Shown: positions 1-13,795, counted from the first letter of the stretch. The stretch is DNA of 64,000 bases from Nitrosopumilaceae archaeon (GCA_965207375.1 CBDBMG010000003.1:160001-224000); one strand, 5' to 3'. Program-made: numbers and translations. The notes: generated by a model from the sequence alone, not told the origin.

Positions 1-451
1 GGCCCAAGGGCATTTCGTTATGTGCAAGGAGTTTTTACTGCTGTAATGTAAGTTGTATACTATATACGTAGCTAGCTATATAGTCAGATAGTTCATTGTG
101 AGCTGATATTAATTATAAGTAGGAGATACTTGAAGAAGTGGAATGAAATATGCAATGATGATATAAATCAAGTTGATGTGACAGAATTGAATAAACGGCT
201 TCAGAATGCATATGATGGTCACAATTGTGGAGTTTTTTGTTTGAAGGTATGTACATGTGCAGCCGTAGCTAATAGCTGCATGTACTAGCTACATATAGCT
301 AGCTAATCATGTATGTATCATCCATCTAATACCAACCCAGATAGCCAAGCAGTTGTTAAGAGATGGGATCATCAATGAACTTGCAATCAAGCATACTCAG
401 GACTTTAAAAAGGCAAGACCAGAGATCGGGCTCTCCTTAGTCCTTACTTAA
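1..451 (+). pseudogene. 3' exons of an Ulp1/SENP-like (C48) cysteine protease gene, probably TE-borne
   Basis: GT-AG exons 1-47, 123-246 and 341-451 splice in frame to GPRAFRYVQGVFTAVMRYLKKW...LQNAYDGHNCGVFCLK/IAKQLL. Q-x(6)-CGVF resembles the Ulp1 catalytic Cys motif. Confidence 0.55.
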
Positions 452-2640
452 ACATTGCGGTACAAATTTATACAATAGCTATATAGTTAACAATTTTTAG
501 TTGATATATATGACTGAAAGATGCGATTTGTGTGGTGGTATCAGTACTCTATGGCCTATTTGAAGCTGTTGCTCTGACCTGACTGACTGACTGACTTTAC
601 ATAAGCGCTAAAAAGTCACATGAAATTCATGTGATTAATATTACGAAGAATTGGTGACAAGCACCTGTTTTCATGGAAAATCTGTTGTTTATCTGTATGC
701 AATTTTGTGCTGTGAGTGGACAGATACATTTGAAACTGTTACTGTATTGCAACCTTAAAAATTTGAATTTAAATGTGGATGCAGTGCTGCATTCCTTTGT
801 GATGAGTCATTGTTCATGTGACTTACCTGTGATGCAATTGTATTTTTTATCAAAGCAGTACGTATAGTAACAGACATATGGTGCCTGATTTTAGAAGGTA
901 AAACTTTAGCATTGCTAATACACTGGATTATAAAGGCATTGTTATGTGATCCCAGTGATGATTCTTTGGTCTGTGACTTTCCAAAACATACAATTTTGTA
1001 CTTGTTGTTAGCTACCTTCCATTGACTGTGTTAACTATTGGTTTGTTAAATTGAAATCTCCTCTCTCTGCTATAAAATTACAAGCTGATGTTTTACCATC
1101 TACGAACCAGGCACCGTGCATAGTAAACTACGTTAAACTACTACTAACACAGTTTACATGTATGTATGAATACTACTGCTATTTTGTGATCACATGTACA
1201 TAATTTGCACAGGTCAGAGCAAAAGCAGAAGAAAATGAAAGCAACTGCTGAAAGTGTCGCTCCTAGGAAATTACGAAAAAACTGCCAGGTACCAGGAAAT
1301 TATGTAAAGGAAGCAATGTTTATGACTAGTAGCTAACTAACATTCTTTGATATGACTACGTAGTTATATTGTAACTTTGATTTTGTTGAAAAGAAATGGA
1401 AATGTGATGGTTAAAACTTCACCTTGTTATTATGGCCACAGTGAATATCAGCTGTTTGGTATCAATATTTTTGATAGAACGTCGAACTTTCCTATTTATT
1501 AACATTAAGAATACATCATAATATGACTGAATTAGTAGTATGAGTTATCTATGTTTATTCAATAAGTATAAGTTATATCATGGTCTGAGTATGATTCTTA
1601 GTTATTACATGAGTCTGAGGTGGAGCCAAGGACGGGTGTTAATGCTTCTATTCCAATAATACCACCATCTTCCAGTACTTTTGAAACTTTGATGCATACA
1701 TAGGTGCCTGATAATTTTTGCATGCCAGTTGTTAAGCAAAATACAGTTGGAAACATCATAAAATTATTTCTCTAAGCCTGCTATATGCCATAATTATAAC
1801 TCTTACAGTTAACAGGATAATACATACATACAAAAATGATTATGCTAGTTAGTAAGCATTAACCACGCATTTTGACAACTGTGCGATTATTTTTTGTGAC
1901 TTAATACTGTAAGCAGGGTTGTTTATGAGTTTCTCTTCTTAGTAACTGACTGCATAGAGGAAAGAGAAGGACAAAAGGAAACACCATGCATAGTATACTA
2001 AGTAAATGCATAGCGCACTAGTTTTAACCAGTTCTATTCTTTATCTTACCTGATATCAAAGTTTTGGTCACACATACATAGCTACATACCTATTTACAAT
2101 GCTGCTTCTGATTGGCCTTGTACTTTTTTTACAGCCAGGATGTTTTTGTTGTTTAGGATATACTTTTAAATGAAGAATAAAAAGAGACATACGTGTATAA
2201 CAAAGAGGATCCTTTCGTCTAGGGTTACTTCACCTTTGAAGATTGCTCATGGATAAGTAGTATAAATTGAATCATATAGGTGCATAATAATGACTTATTC
2301 TTTTGAATTGAAAGTCTTACACTAGATACTATTATCCATTATTAATGTTTTAAAAACAGCATGTCTTACTAAACAAGCTTTGATCACCATTGATAAAACT
2401 AAGCTCATTGGCTTGCATGTACATTTTATGATATGATTGTACTGGAAAAGTGTGGTATGAAAACTATGTGCCTTCTTTGGACAGTATTGATCTTCAGCCT
2501 ATGTCTAATAAACCTCACTTGGGGAGTGTTCTCTGATTCAGCTAGCAAATATACTAAGAATCTGATTTCCACATGCAAAGCTAAGCAAGGTAAAAAATTC
2601 TGGCAAATTACATAGAAAACTATAGATATTATATTTTCAG

Positions 2641-5287
2641 GGTCAGGGTTTCACGATATTATATTTCCACCTCTACCAAGTGAAGGAGACTTTATGCCTG
2701 CTATCATTATATGGAACCCATACTTAATATATCCGCAAATTACCCCCCAAGATCTATTAAGTGTATTGAATGTGGAGGTTCTACGTATGTACGAAGCCTA
2801 TTGGAATGATGGTGGTAGTGCTTCTAGACAACCAAGGTTACTTCATAGAGTCGAGGATATTGTTTATCTGATTAGCGCTGTTTATGTTTGTGACAATAGA
2901 CACAAACTACTATCACATGACACAGTAGTACTATCTCTATTGCAGGAGTGACAAGGCAACTGTTTAACATGTGTACATCCCTTTGTAAAAAAGGAATGAC
3001 ATTCTTTGACATGGAATCTTTCATATTAGAAAAACGGTGGGAATGTTACAATAATAAACAAAACATACTAAAAGCAACCAAAAAACCTTGTTATCCAATA
3101 ATGATGATAGTACTAAAGAAGATGGCAGTACTACTAGTGACTTTTGGAAATCACCCACTTCTAAATCCCCAAGCAATGATATTTTAGCGAAGTGCTTTTT
3201 AGCTGGATTTTTGCAGAATGAATAATTATATTTGCAAGAAATGGAAGCTATTCCTATAGGAACAAGTATTAGTTTTGATCATACTTTTAAAGTAGCTTCT
3301 AACATAGGATATCTTAGAGAAGATAAGAAATGGATTAATGTATATAATTCTTTATTTCTGGTACTAAATGATCAAGGAAAGATAGTATCTTGGCAGTTAA
3401 CAAAAGGTACAAGTTTTCAGGAAGTTGTGGCTCTATTACAAAATCTTGGAAGTAGATCAGATGAAAATTTGAGGACAGTGCATGTTGATGACTGTTGCAA
3501 ACTTCGCAACAAAATAGAAAATGTTTTTGGAAAAAATATATCTGTAAAATTGGATATATTTCATGCAGTGCAAAGAATTTCTAAAACTTTACTTAAAAGA
3601 CATCCATATAGATTACAATGCTTACAAGATTTGCGTTTGGTATTTAGATGTGATGGTGATTCTGGAGAGAAAAGACTTTCTACAACCCCCTCATCTGAAA
3701 AGATCTTACTAAGCTTTGAATAATTTTATTAAAAAGTGGTACAAAGTAGCTGATCACAATGATGTAAAATTATTTAATAGTGAGACAGATGTTGCTACTG
3801 AAAGGCTTAAGAAACACATAACATTGGGGTGTTTGTCTAATATTCCAGCAGGATGTGGAACCAATCGAAATAAAGGACTTCATCAACTCATTGGAATAGA
3901 AGTAGGATTGGAATACTTCCTTGCTTATGCCTTGTTAACTGTAATTCTACATTCAAACAATGCCACAGTAAAATTTGGAGGAAAGGTTGTAAGCAAACCA
4001 ATTACAGCCAACTCTTTATGCAAAGTTCCAACAATGAGTACAAGAACAATAGGAATTATGCCAAAGCATCAAACCATTACAAACGACACAGGATGTGATC
4101 ATTATGAGCAAACTACGTTTGAAAATAGCACAAACTTAGATTTGATAATGGCCACATTTCAAAAATGTGTTCAGAAATATCGAGTTGTTGAAGGATTACA
4201 GAAAACAAATGTGTCAAGGCTAAATGATTACATTCATGTATTTAAAGAATTCACAACTCGTATTCTAAACAAAGATGATAGCAGCTTTGTTAATCATCAT
4301 GACAATCTAAGCAAATATGGATTGACTGTTTCTCCAACAATTCCAAATGGAAATTACTTTTTCCAAGCGGTGGCTATGAATATTAAATCAAGACCTGACA
4401 GATGGATTGAATTAGGCACTACTGATCTAGAATCTTTATCTCTCAAACTGCGAGAGATATTTGTGAAGGAAGTTAGTGGAGAAAATCGTCCATTATATGA
4501 GGAATTCATTCCATTACTTAATGATTATACTACAGATGCACACAAGTTTCTGCAAAATGGATTCTTTGACAATGCATTTGGTGACTTGATGCCCTTAGCT
4601 ATAGCAACAGCGCTAAAAGCATCCATCATAATTATTATCTCTGGATGTTAATATCATCCCACATATGTAACTCCTCTAGTTGGTCAACCAATTGATATGA
4701 TGTTCTTACTATATAACCCTACAGGATCAGGTCATTATGATGCAATAATACCTTATATTTACACAGTGAAGGATTCCAAAGCAAGCAGCAAGTCACACAA
4801 AGAGCACAGCTCTTGCAGATGTGGGATTAATGGTAATAATTCAGGAAAATCCTGTACTCCAAACCAATCTTATGCTACTAGATGTAAGTGTTATTTAAGT
4901 AGCACTACATGTAGTACATATTGTCACTGCAAAAATTGTAACAATCCATATGGTCAAAAGCCAGTTACATCAATCGAAGGCAAGAGAAAAAGGCATGCTC
5001 TCTCATTACAAATAGAAATTCCATCAAGCAAGAAATTTGCAGTGGAAAGAGGAGAAGTATTATCTGTAAACATTTGGTCAACATTTGAAACAATTGTGCT
5101 AAGTGAACTACAGAATATCGAGGAGACAGAGGATTTAGATACTTTTCAACTGTACAATGAAATTATCAGTTATTCACAATCAAATTTTTGCACATTGCCT
5201 TTAGAGGATGAAGTTGTGCTTAGATATAAAACAGCTACCCAGATTGCTTCAAAATTAAAACACATGTTTGAACATGCAACAATATAG
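2641..5287 (+). mobile_element. Degenerate DDE transposase (Dada/DUF6729-like) with C-terminal OTU-like and CXC (tesmin-like) domains
   Basis: Collinear broken ORFs contain SFDHTFK, VHVDDCC, KLDIFHAVQR (DxxH), GTNRNKGLH (catalytic E apparently replaced by K), OTU-like PNGNYFFQAVA and GHYDA, and Cys-rich CRCG..C..RCKC..C..CHCKNCNN. Several frameshifts and stops are present. Confidence 0.65.
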
Positions 5288-5585
5288 CTATTTATTGTGA
5301 GAATTTTCAAGGAATTATGTAATTTATGCACCATAAAGACAATGTCACTAGAGCTGCATGATATTAGAATTTTTAATGCAGGCGCATCCCTGGTTGCTTG
5401 AAATCATTTCTGTACGGACGTCAGTAAGCGTGCATGTTTGTTCATGTGTGTCAGTATGTATGCGTGTGTGTTTGTGTATGTGCCCACCACAGGCTTCAAA
5501 AGCAATAACCAGTTTAAAAAGTTTTGAGTTCCGCTACGTTTGCCATTGAAATAGCCGGTGTGGCCTTAGTAATGAAGTGCATCAT

Positions 5586-6676
5586 CAGAACCATAAGAAC
5601 TACTAGAACCACTAGAACCACTAGAATCATCAGAACCATCAGAACCATCAGAACCATCAGAACCATAAGAACTACTAGAACCACTAGAACCATCAGAACC
5701 ACTAGAACCACTAGAACCATTAGAACTACTAGAACCATAAGAACTACTAGAACCACTAGAACCATCAGAACTATCAGAAACATAAGAACTACTAAAACCA
5801 CTAGAACCACTAGAACCACTAGAACCACTAGAACCATCAGAACCATCAGAACCATAAGAACTACTAGAACCACTAGAACCATCAGAACCACTAGAACCAT
5901 AAGAACTACTAGAACCACTAGAACCATAAGAACCACTAGAATCATCAGAACTACTAGAACCATAAGAACCACTAGAACCACTAGAATCACTAGAACCACT
6001 AGAATCACTAGAACCACTAGAACCATAAAAACTACTAGAACCACTAGAACCAGTAGAACCACTACAACCATCAGAACTACTAGAACCATCAGAACCATAA
6101 GAACTACTAGAACCACTAGAACCATTAGAACCATCAGAACCATAAGAACTACTAGAACCAGTAGAACTATCAGAACCATAAGAACTACTAGAACCACTAG
6201 AACCATTAGAACCATCAGAACCATTAGAACTACTAGAACCACTAGAACCATCAGAACCATAAGAACTACTAGAACCACTAGAACCAGCAGAACCATCAGA
6301 ACCAGTAGAACCATCAGAACCACTAGAACCATCAGAACCATAAGAACTACTAGAACCATTAGAACCATTAGAACTATCAGAACCACTAGAACCATCAGAA
6401 CCATAAGAACCACTAGAACCATTAGAATCATCAGAACCATTAGAACTACTAGAACCACTAGAACCATCAGAACTACTAGAACCATTAGAACCATCAGAAC
6501 TACTAGAACCACTAGAACCATCAGAACCATAAGAACTACTAGAACCATTAGAACCATCAGAACCATAAGAACTACTGGAACCACTAGAACCATCAGAACT
6601 ATAAGAACTACTAGAACCAGTAGAACCATCAGAACCACTAGAACCATCAGAACCACTAGAACCGTTAGAACCAGTA
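5586..6676. repeat. 9-bp minisatellite (AGAACCACT/AGAACCATC/AGAACCATA/AGAACTACT), about 120 units
   Basis: Directly visible tandem array. It produces the low-complexity RTT, VLM and GSS ORFs. Confidence 0.97.
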
Positions 6677-6765
6677 GAGCATTCCTCAAGCATTTAATTT
6701 AGAAATACTGCACTGGAATAAATGTTATTTACATATATTTATAATTCATATTTTGTGATTCTTAT

Positions 6766-7902
6766 ATGGGGAAACAACCGGTCAAACACTTCCACCATAG
6801 TGCCCGAGCTACTGAAGAGCTACGAAAAAGGCAAGAAAGCATGAATCAACCTAAACAAAAATTGAAAAATGACTGTAAAACACGATGGAACAGTACCTTT
6901 TACATGTGTGAATCGCTTCTTCAAAACAGATGGCCAATTTCAGCAGTTCTAGCAGATGAATCTGTGACAAGGGTAGAGCATAGAAGGCTAGATTTGACAA
7001 CCACACAGTGGGAGCTACTTGGTGATTTAGTAAAAATACTTCACCCACTAGAAATAGGAACAACATACCTGTGCTCTGAGGCAACCTCATCTCTATCGTC
7101 AATTCTTCCTGTTCTTTTTGGAATTCTCAAGCATCTGGAAGTTAAAGAAAATGATTCAACAAACATTAGAAGATTTAAGATATCTGTTGATAGTCAGATT
7201 AGAAGTATGTGGCATTTGGATGACATTGATTCTTCAGATATCAAAGTGCTTGCAACAGCTTTGGATCCTCGGTACAAAGCCCTAAAATTTCTTAATGCAG
7301 AAAAAATATCAGAAGTAAAAGCAGAATTAAGAGACCAAATACAACAGCTACAATTTGCTTGTGATACGCTAAACTCAGACTCACAAGTCTCACAAAATTC
7401 ACAACCTCCAACCAAGAAGAAAGCTCTGGATATTTTGTTTGGAAGAGAAGACCATCTGTTACATTAGAGGATGAAGTGGATTTGTATTTTTCTGAATCTG
7501 GTGCTCCTAGGAATTCTGATCCTTTAGCTTGGTGGAAAGCCAACTCTTTACGTTATCCTCGTCTCAGTCAGCTTGTAAAACTTCTTTCTGCTATCCCAGC
7601 AACTTCCACAAGCAGTGAAAGGTTGTTTTCAGTAGCAGGGTTAACTGTCACTAGACTTCGCAGCAGTTTGAGCAGGGAGAATGTAAATGCATTAATTTTT
7701 CTCCATAACAATTACTGTTTAATAACATAATTTAAAAATATCATAATATTGCTTTGAGTCAAGTACTATTAAATATGCTGTAATTTTGTTTTACAGATCA
7801 ATTTGTAACTATTATGCACAATGATTTTTTAAGTTCAAAAGATTCGTGAACTTTAACTAATGAATGTTCGAACCCTGGTAATCCAAATTCGTTTGGGCCC
7901 TA
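6766..7902 (+). mobile_element. 3' part of a hAT (ZBED1/ZBED4-like) transposase and right terminus
   Basis: DCKTRWNSTFYM, ATALDPRYK and the hAT dimerization motif PLAWWK..YPRLS..SAIPATSTSSERLFSVAG. Frameshift near 7445. The element ends ...GGGCCCTA, the reverse complement of a TAGGG hAT end. Confidence 0.88.
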
Positions 7903-10102
7903 GTATAAGTATATAATTATATGCAAAGTACGTGTATATCCAATGCAGTAATCATCAATTATCAACACATAAAAATTACATGAAAATAGATTAATTAACC
8001 AGGGCTGGTATCTTGTAAAAACTCATAGGTGTCGGAATCAGGGAGCACGTACCCCCCAGTTTTTACCGTTACTCCATATAATGTATCCTGATAACTTATT
8101 GTGCCACCTCAGTTGTGGAGTGCTTCCTACGCACCTTACTCAAGTACTATCACCAGCTGTGCCTGAATCAGTTGTCAGTTGGACATTTAGAAATCTGGTT
8201 GTTTGAACCTTAAGAGTAAAGAACTAACAATGAATTGGCAGAATGCAGAACTCCTAATAGATTATATTTGTATACATGGAATATCACTTAGGATAACAGT
8301 CATAAGGCAGCACTGTATGTTATCAATATTTTGGGGGCCCATGCAATGCATGTGCAGCCATGCACCCATCATTAACATAACTTAAAATTCAAATGGATGT
8401 AATAAATTTATACCATAGATAAGAGATACCCCTCCTGAATTGGAAACATACATACCCCATGTGAACAAACTGATGTCACCATCTGCGTTTTGCATGGTAT
8501 TAAAGAAATTCACTGTACTCAAGTTTCCAGCCAGTCATCATCGTCATCTATACATTTTCCCGTTGTCTGCTGATTAGAAGTGATATGTCTTGGCAAGTTT
8601 TTGTTGGTAGCCACTTAGTTTCAATAAATAATGTTTTAGTACCTATCCTAAAACCATTCTTGAAGAGCTTAATGCAGTGTATAAGTAAGGCAAAGTTTGT
8701 GCCATGGAAACTTTGAACCAGAGTTTATAGAAGTGGCTAAACTGAGAAAGAAAAAGGTTTTATCTCCTTCTGGTGATATTGTGGCTACTCTGGATGAAAG
8801 CATGTGCATCAGTGTGGATGGAGTTGAATATTCAGCTACTGTTGGACATGTACAATGTAGTATATTTTTGATGGAGCAGTCTGTTTGTTTAATTTGCAGT
8901 GAATATCGTGTAACACTCTCCGTTCTCTAGTTTCAAGACACAGTAAGCTAAAAACTGTTAGCAGTCACATCAACACAAGATATTTGCAAACACCTCAAAG
9001 ATCCGCATACATACAATCATTGCAGAGAGCCATTAAAAGCAAAAATGCTCAACTCAGAAGGCTTAGACTGAAAGTAAAAATGTTGATGGAATCTAGTTCT
9101 TGTGTACAACTGCATGGATGATAGTTTGAATTCAGATATCCAAAGAGTTATTGAGGACCACAAGGCATTGGAGAAAGATTATTTCAAGCAGACTTTTTGA
9201 GAACAACAGGTATGCATTGAGTTTCTGTGCATACCTCATTTTATCTTCCACAAAGGTAAAAGCTAACAAGGCAAAGAGAAATGGTGTCAGGTGGCACCCC
9301 TTGTTTATAAGATTATGCCTTAACATAATGTTGACATCCTGGAAGACTTACGATATTTTGCGTGTCAGGTTATATATGCTTACCTTCAAACAGGACATTG
9401 AGAGATTACACGCACTGGCATAAGCATGAGACCAGGCTTTGATGCAACTATAATCAATCATCTAAGAGTGCAGAATAGGAAACGTACGTATGATAAACAC
9501 TACAACTAAAACTTCTATTATAGGTTTGTTGTTTTATGATGAAAATTCGTGAGCATCTTGTATTTGACAAACATACTGAAACAATTACTGGATTTGTTGA
9601 TTGTGGCCAGCAAAGCCTGGATGAATGGTTCTCTGCATTCCAAGAGAAATGCACTCGTGGGCAGTCTCTGAGAAGCCACACTGTGGCAACTCATATGGTA
9701 ACATACGTATATAATGACCATAATTAGAGGAAATTTTTAAATTGAACTTTCCATTGTTTCATTTTGCAACCACAGGTTTGTAATACGTATATATTTTATA
9801 TTAGTCCTGTATGTGGCATTCTTAGGTGTCACCTCTAATTATAATTACTTAGTGTATTTGGTGTGGAGAGCTATTAGAATGCTTCAATTACCTGTTGTTC
9901 AAGTAGCTAGTTTGTGTGGTTGCAGATGGTGCTGCTCCTAACAGAAAATTCTTTAGATGGCATCAGATGGAGCAGTATTACTATATGAAATCAGGTGTCA
10001 CATACAGAGTGCCTAATGTGTGTTGTTCATCCGGAGATTTCATTTACTTTATTGCTGATATGTCACATTTGATAAAAATCATCTGTAATGCTTGGTACAA
10101 TT

Positions 10103-11214
10103 TAGTGTTGTTTTAGTTAATCAAAACTAAAACTAAAAATAATTTTAGTAAAGCAATTATATTTTAGTTAACTAAAACTAAAACTAAAACTAAAATTAAT
10201 TGCAAGTCAGTACTAAAACTAAAACTAAAATTAATTGCAAGTCAGTACTAAAACTAAAACTAAAACTAAAATTAATTGTGACTCGGTACTAAAACTAAAA
10301 CTAAAACTAAAATTAATTGTGTATCAGTACTAAAACTAATACTAAAACTAAAATTAATTGTGAGTCAGTACTAAAACTAAAACTAAAACTAAAATTAATT
10401 GTGAGTCAGTACTAAAACTAAAACTAAAACTAAAATTAATTGCGTGTCAGTACTAAAACTAAAACTAAAACTAAAATTAATTGCAAATCAGTACTAAAAC
10501 TAAAACTAAAACTAAAATTAAATGTTAGTCAGTACTAAAACTAAAACTAAAACTAAAATAGAATGTAAATTTTTACTAAAACTAAAACTAAAACTAAAAG
10601 CATAACTAAAACTAAGGGTAATTACGTCTTCAAATGGCATATATGATGCAACATAACGCTGTTTAAGCCTGTTTTAAGCCTGTTTTTACTCAATACTAAA
10701 ACTAAAAATAGTTTTAGTAAGACATTTTTATTTTAGTTAACTAAAACTAAAATTAATTCAGAAATATTACTAAAACTAAAACTAAAACTAAAAGTATTTA
10801 GAATATAACTAAAACTAAAACTAAAACTAAAAATACTTCAGAAATCTAACTAAAACTGAAACTAAAACTAAAACTATTTCAGAAATCTAACTAAAACTAA
10901 AACTAAAACTAAAAATACTTCAGAAATCTAACTAAAACTAAAACTAAAACTAAAAATATTTCAGAAATCTAACTAAAACTAAAACTAAAACTAAAAATAA
11001 TTCAGTAATCTTACTAAAACTAAAACTAAAATTATTGAGCTAAATTACTAAAAATAAAACTAAAACTAAAAATATTTCAGAAATCTTACTAAAACTAAAA
11101 CTAAAACTAAAAATAATTCAGTAATCTTACTAAAACTAAAACTAAAACTAAAATTATTGAGCTAAGTTACTAAAACTAAAACTAAAATTACAAGCCCTTA
11201 CTAAAACAACACTA
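10103..11214. mobile_element. Non-autonomous hAT-type element filled with (ACTAAA)n higher-order repeats
   Basis: TIRs TAGTGTTGTTTTAGT / ACTAAAACAACACTA. Perfect 8-bp TSD GTACAATT at 10095-10102 and 11215-11222. Confidence 0.92.
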
Positions 11215-11358
11215 GTACAATTCTCAGGACAAAAGGTCTCATCATCTTGTGGTGAGGATAAATTTCTTACTGAGTTGTACATACTTGATCTTTGTTGTAG
11301 AACAGTGGAGTTGAAATTAGATGGTCGCACCTGATTGAATTAGTAGAGAAGACTAGTA

Positions 11359-11532
11359 CAGAGCTTGAAATAACAGTTGGCCATCGGCCATTTTCCGACC
11401 AATTTCAGGTTTGGCTGATCAAAACTGATATGCTAGGACAAATTTACTGTACACTTCCAATGGGGAATCCAATGATACGTTCCTACTTTCAATAAATGGC
11501 CGACCAATTTGTAATTCTTATTTCAAGCATTG
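11359..11532. mobile_element. Small MITE
   Basis: TIRs CAGAGCTTGAAATAA / TTATTTCAAGCATTG. CTAGTA on both flanks. Confidence 0.7.
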
Positions 11533-12495
11533 CTAGTAGCAGTACAGGTCTGTCCATAGGAAGGAAGCTTACTAGAGAGCACACAGTTTTAACTTATACT
11601 CAAGGATGACAGTTTGTTTAGCTGTTCAGGTTAGTTGTTTCTGTTAATAGTCTTACACAAGACTACACTTAGGTCCTTAGTAGCAGTGTGGCTAATAGTT
11701 TCCAAGCACTGCGGGAACTCAGAAGAATACAAGCCAATACAACTGAGACAGAGAAGTTTTGTCGGATCTTTGACAATTTTTTGATATTTTCAATACTCGT
11801 GCCATTGAAGAAGCAGACTGAAAAAGAAAACCTGACTTGAAACCTTTCTATTCAAGTAGAGATGAAAGATTAGAGGTGTGTAATTTATATAGCTATTTGC
11901 TCATTAAATGGTCGATACATTCAATGTTATTTTCAGTGGCCACAAACTACCTTACTACAGTACTTGGAAGATTGGAAGAAGCCAGTTGCAGATGATAGCT
12001 CAATACCTAAGGAAGAAAAGGCATATTGTACATTGCCTCAGCAGAGTATTGAAGGAATTAGGATTTGTGGTATGCTTCAAATTTGAGAAAACAACAACAG
12101 TTAATTACATATGTATATATCACAGCACACACTCTGCCTGAAATGGACAACCAAATTTCTGCTATCACATGAAAGGGCCAACTACATTTTGACAGAGCGA
12201 TTCAATCAAGATACTTCAGAAATATTTTTGAACAGCAGAGAGCCACGGGGCAGCGTAATGATAACCCATCCGTTGCTCAGTTCATGGAAAATAACTAAGC
12301 TCTAGTTATACAAAAGTCCCTGGCACTTGGTGGAAGTAAACAAAAAGTAAGTTACAATTGTCACCCCTTTGTAGGCCTTTGCCAAAGCATACGTAGATGC
12401 AACAGACACATAAAATTTGTATAGCTAAATATAATTGAATGTTATGCTCCAGTTACACAATAGTACAACACTGGTGATTTATTGTAAAGCTTTCC

Positions 12496-13450
12496 TCAGA
12501 CCTTTTTGCCTTTGATGTTGCTTTTTGAAGCTTTCTTGCACTCTTTAAACAGCCTATTTGTTACAGCGAATCCCCTTACTGTGAACCATAACTCTATTAC
12601 ATCTTGTAGAAACATCATAGATTTTTCTTGTTCTAAATCTGAAATTAACTCCCAGAAAAACAAGATGTTTGGGTTAGAATTTGCTTCAGATATTACTTGC
12701 TCTTTTTTGTATCCTCTTTCAATAAGCTGGTAGGTAACTACTTCAATAGCTTTAAAGCAGTTAAAAGTATCATTAGAAACATGTTGCAATCCTCCATGAT
12801 CTTGAGCCTTTATCCAAATCTTGATTTCATCATTGTAAGTACTTGTACGTAGACCTAACATGTCCCACAATGCATTAACAAAAAGCCCCACTTGTTTTTT
12901 CATGCTTCCAAATTAGTTTCCTAATGATATATCCAGCCACATAATATATAGCATTTTCCTCAATTTCATCAAACTTCCTTTGTTCAAGTGTGGCCGGTGT
13001 TCAGGGGTATTCAGCAATATTCCAATTACTGCTACACGATTCATCCAAGGATTTATCATATTCATAAGTTAGAATCAACAGTTTCTCCAATTTCCTCTTC
13101 CATAATCTTCCATAATGGCATTTGTTTCTGTGCTCTTGCTGGAGTTGTAAACTTTGGACTTGATAATACTCGTGGATGCTTTTGCATTGTAGATTCAGGT
13201 AGTATCGTGGTATTGATATACATACTGCACATGTGCAAAATTTGGGTTGAAAAGGTTGAATCCAGTGTATTAAGTCACGTGAGTTTTATGACACATGACC
13301 AACCTCCTCTGGGGACTCTGTATTGATTTGCATTATTGTATTGTGACATTGTTTTTAATTATAGGGAAAGAAAGTGATGTACACAGTTGCTATAGAGGAA
13401 CTGCTGGCGTGCTGCTTCAACTTGAACAGCTTCCTAATTAACTTAATATT
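12496..13450 (-). pseudogene. Degenerate accessory ORF convergent with the P-like transposase
   Basis: Minus-strand ENAIYYVAGYIIRKL..., WIKAQDHGGLQHVS and LWFTVRGF motifs resemble the YxAGY/RGGL module associated with P-like elements. Confidence 0.55.
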
Positions 13451-13510
13451 GTTGAAATAGTTCTCTTGGAATGCATATATGGCAGCAGGTCAATATACGT
13501 ATGTAAGATA

Positions 13511-13761
13511 TGTGACCGAGTCTGTGAAAAAAAGGTCTTATCTGCATGCATATCCAATTCTATGACTTTAAAGATGCATAACTCACTCTGTGGATGTGGT
13601 ACGTATGGATGTACGTAAGAATTTAGAAGAAGACAGACTAAATCCTAATAAGTGGCGCAATTGCAGATTGGTAGCTCATTCACAGGGGAAGTTATGTTTC
13701 ACTGAATACGTGTAATTGGATGTGCAGATATGTAAGACGTGTATTCGCAGACTCGGTCGCA
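13511..13761. mobile_element. TA-flanked MITE (TGTGAC termini)
   Basis: TIRs TGTGACCGAGTCTG / CAGACTCGGTCGCA, with TA on both sides. Confidence 0.8.
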
Positions 13762-13795
13762 TATATTTTGATCCTTCCACACAAAGTGGTATATA

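Larger units (their letters stand above)
8600..12350 (+). mobile_element. Degenerate intron-containing P-element/THAP9-like transposase, interrupted by two MITEs
   Basis: Fragments GVRWHPLFIRLCL, MKIREHLVFDKH..GFVD, VADGAAPNRKF, FIADMSHLIK (DxxH), YILTERFNQD. Many stops and frameshifts. Confidence 0.75.

Noticed and set aside
5514-6702. Three ORFs of 375-392 aa (VLM-, RTT- and GSS-rich)
   Set aside because: They are by-products of the 9-bp array. In the GS-rich frame third codon positions are nearly invariant while the changes are non-synonymous, unlike coding sequence.
10120-11190. Repeat-spacer pattern resembling a CRISPR array
   Set aside because: The spacers are short and similar to each other, there are no cas genes, the context is eukaryotic, and the array is bounded by a TIR and TSD.
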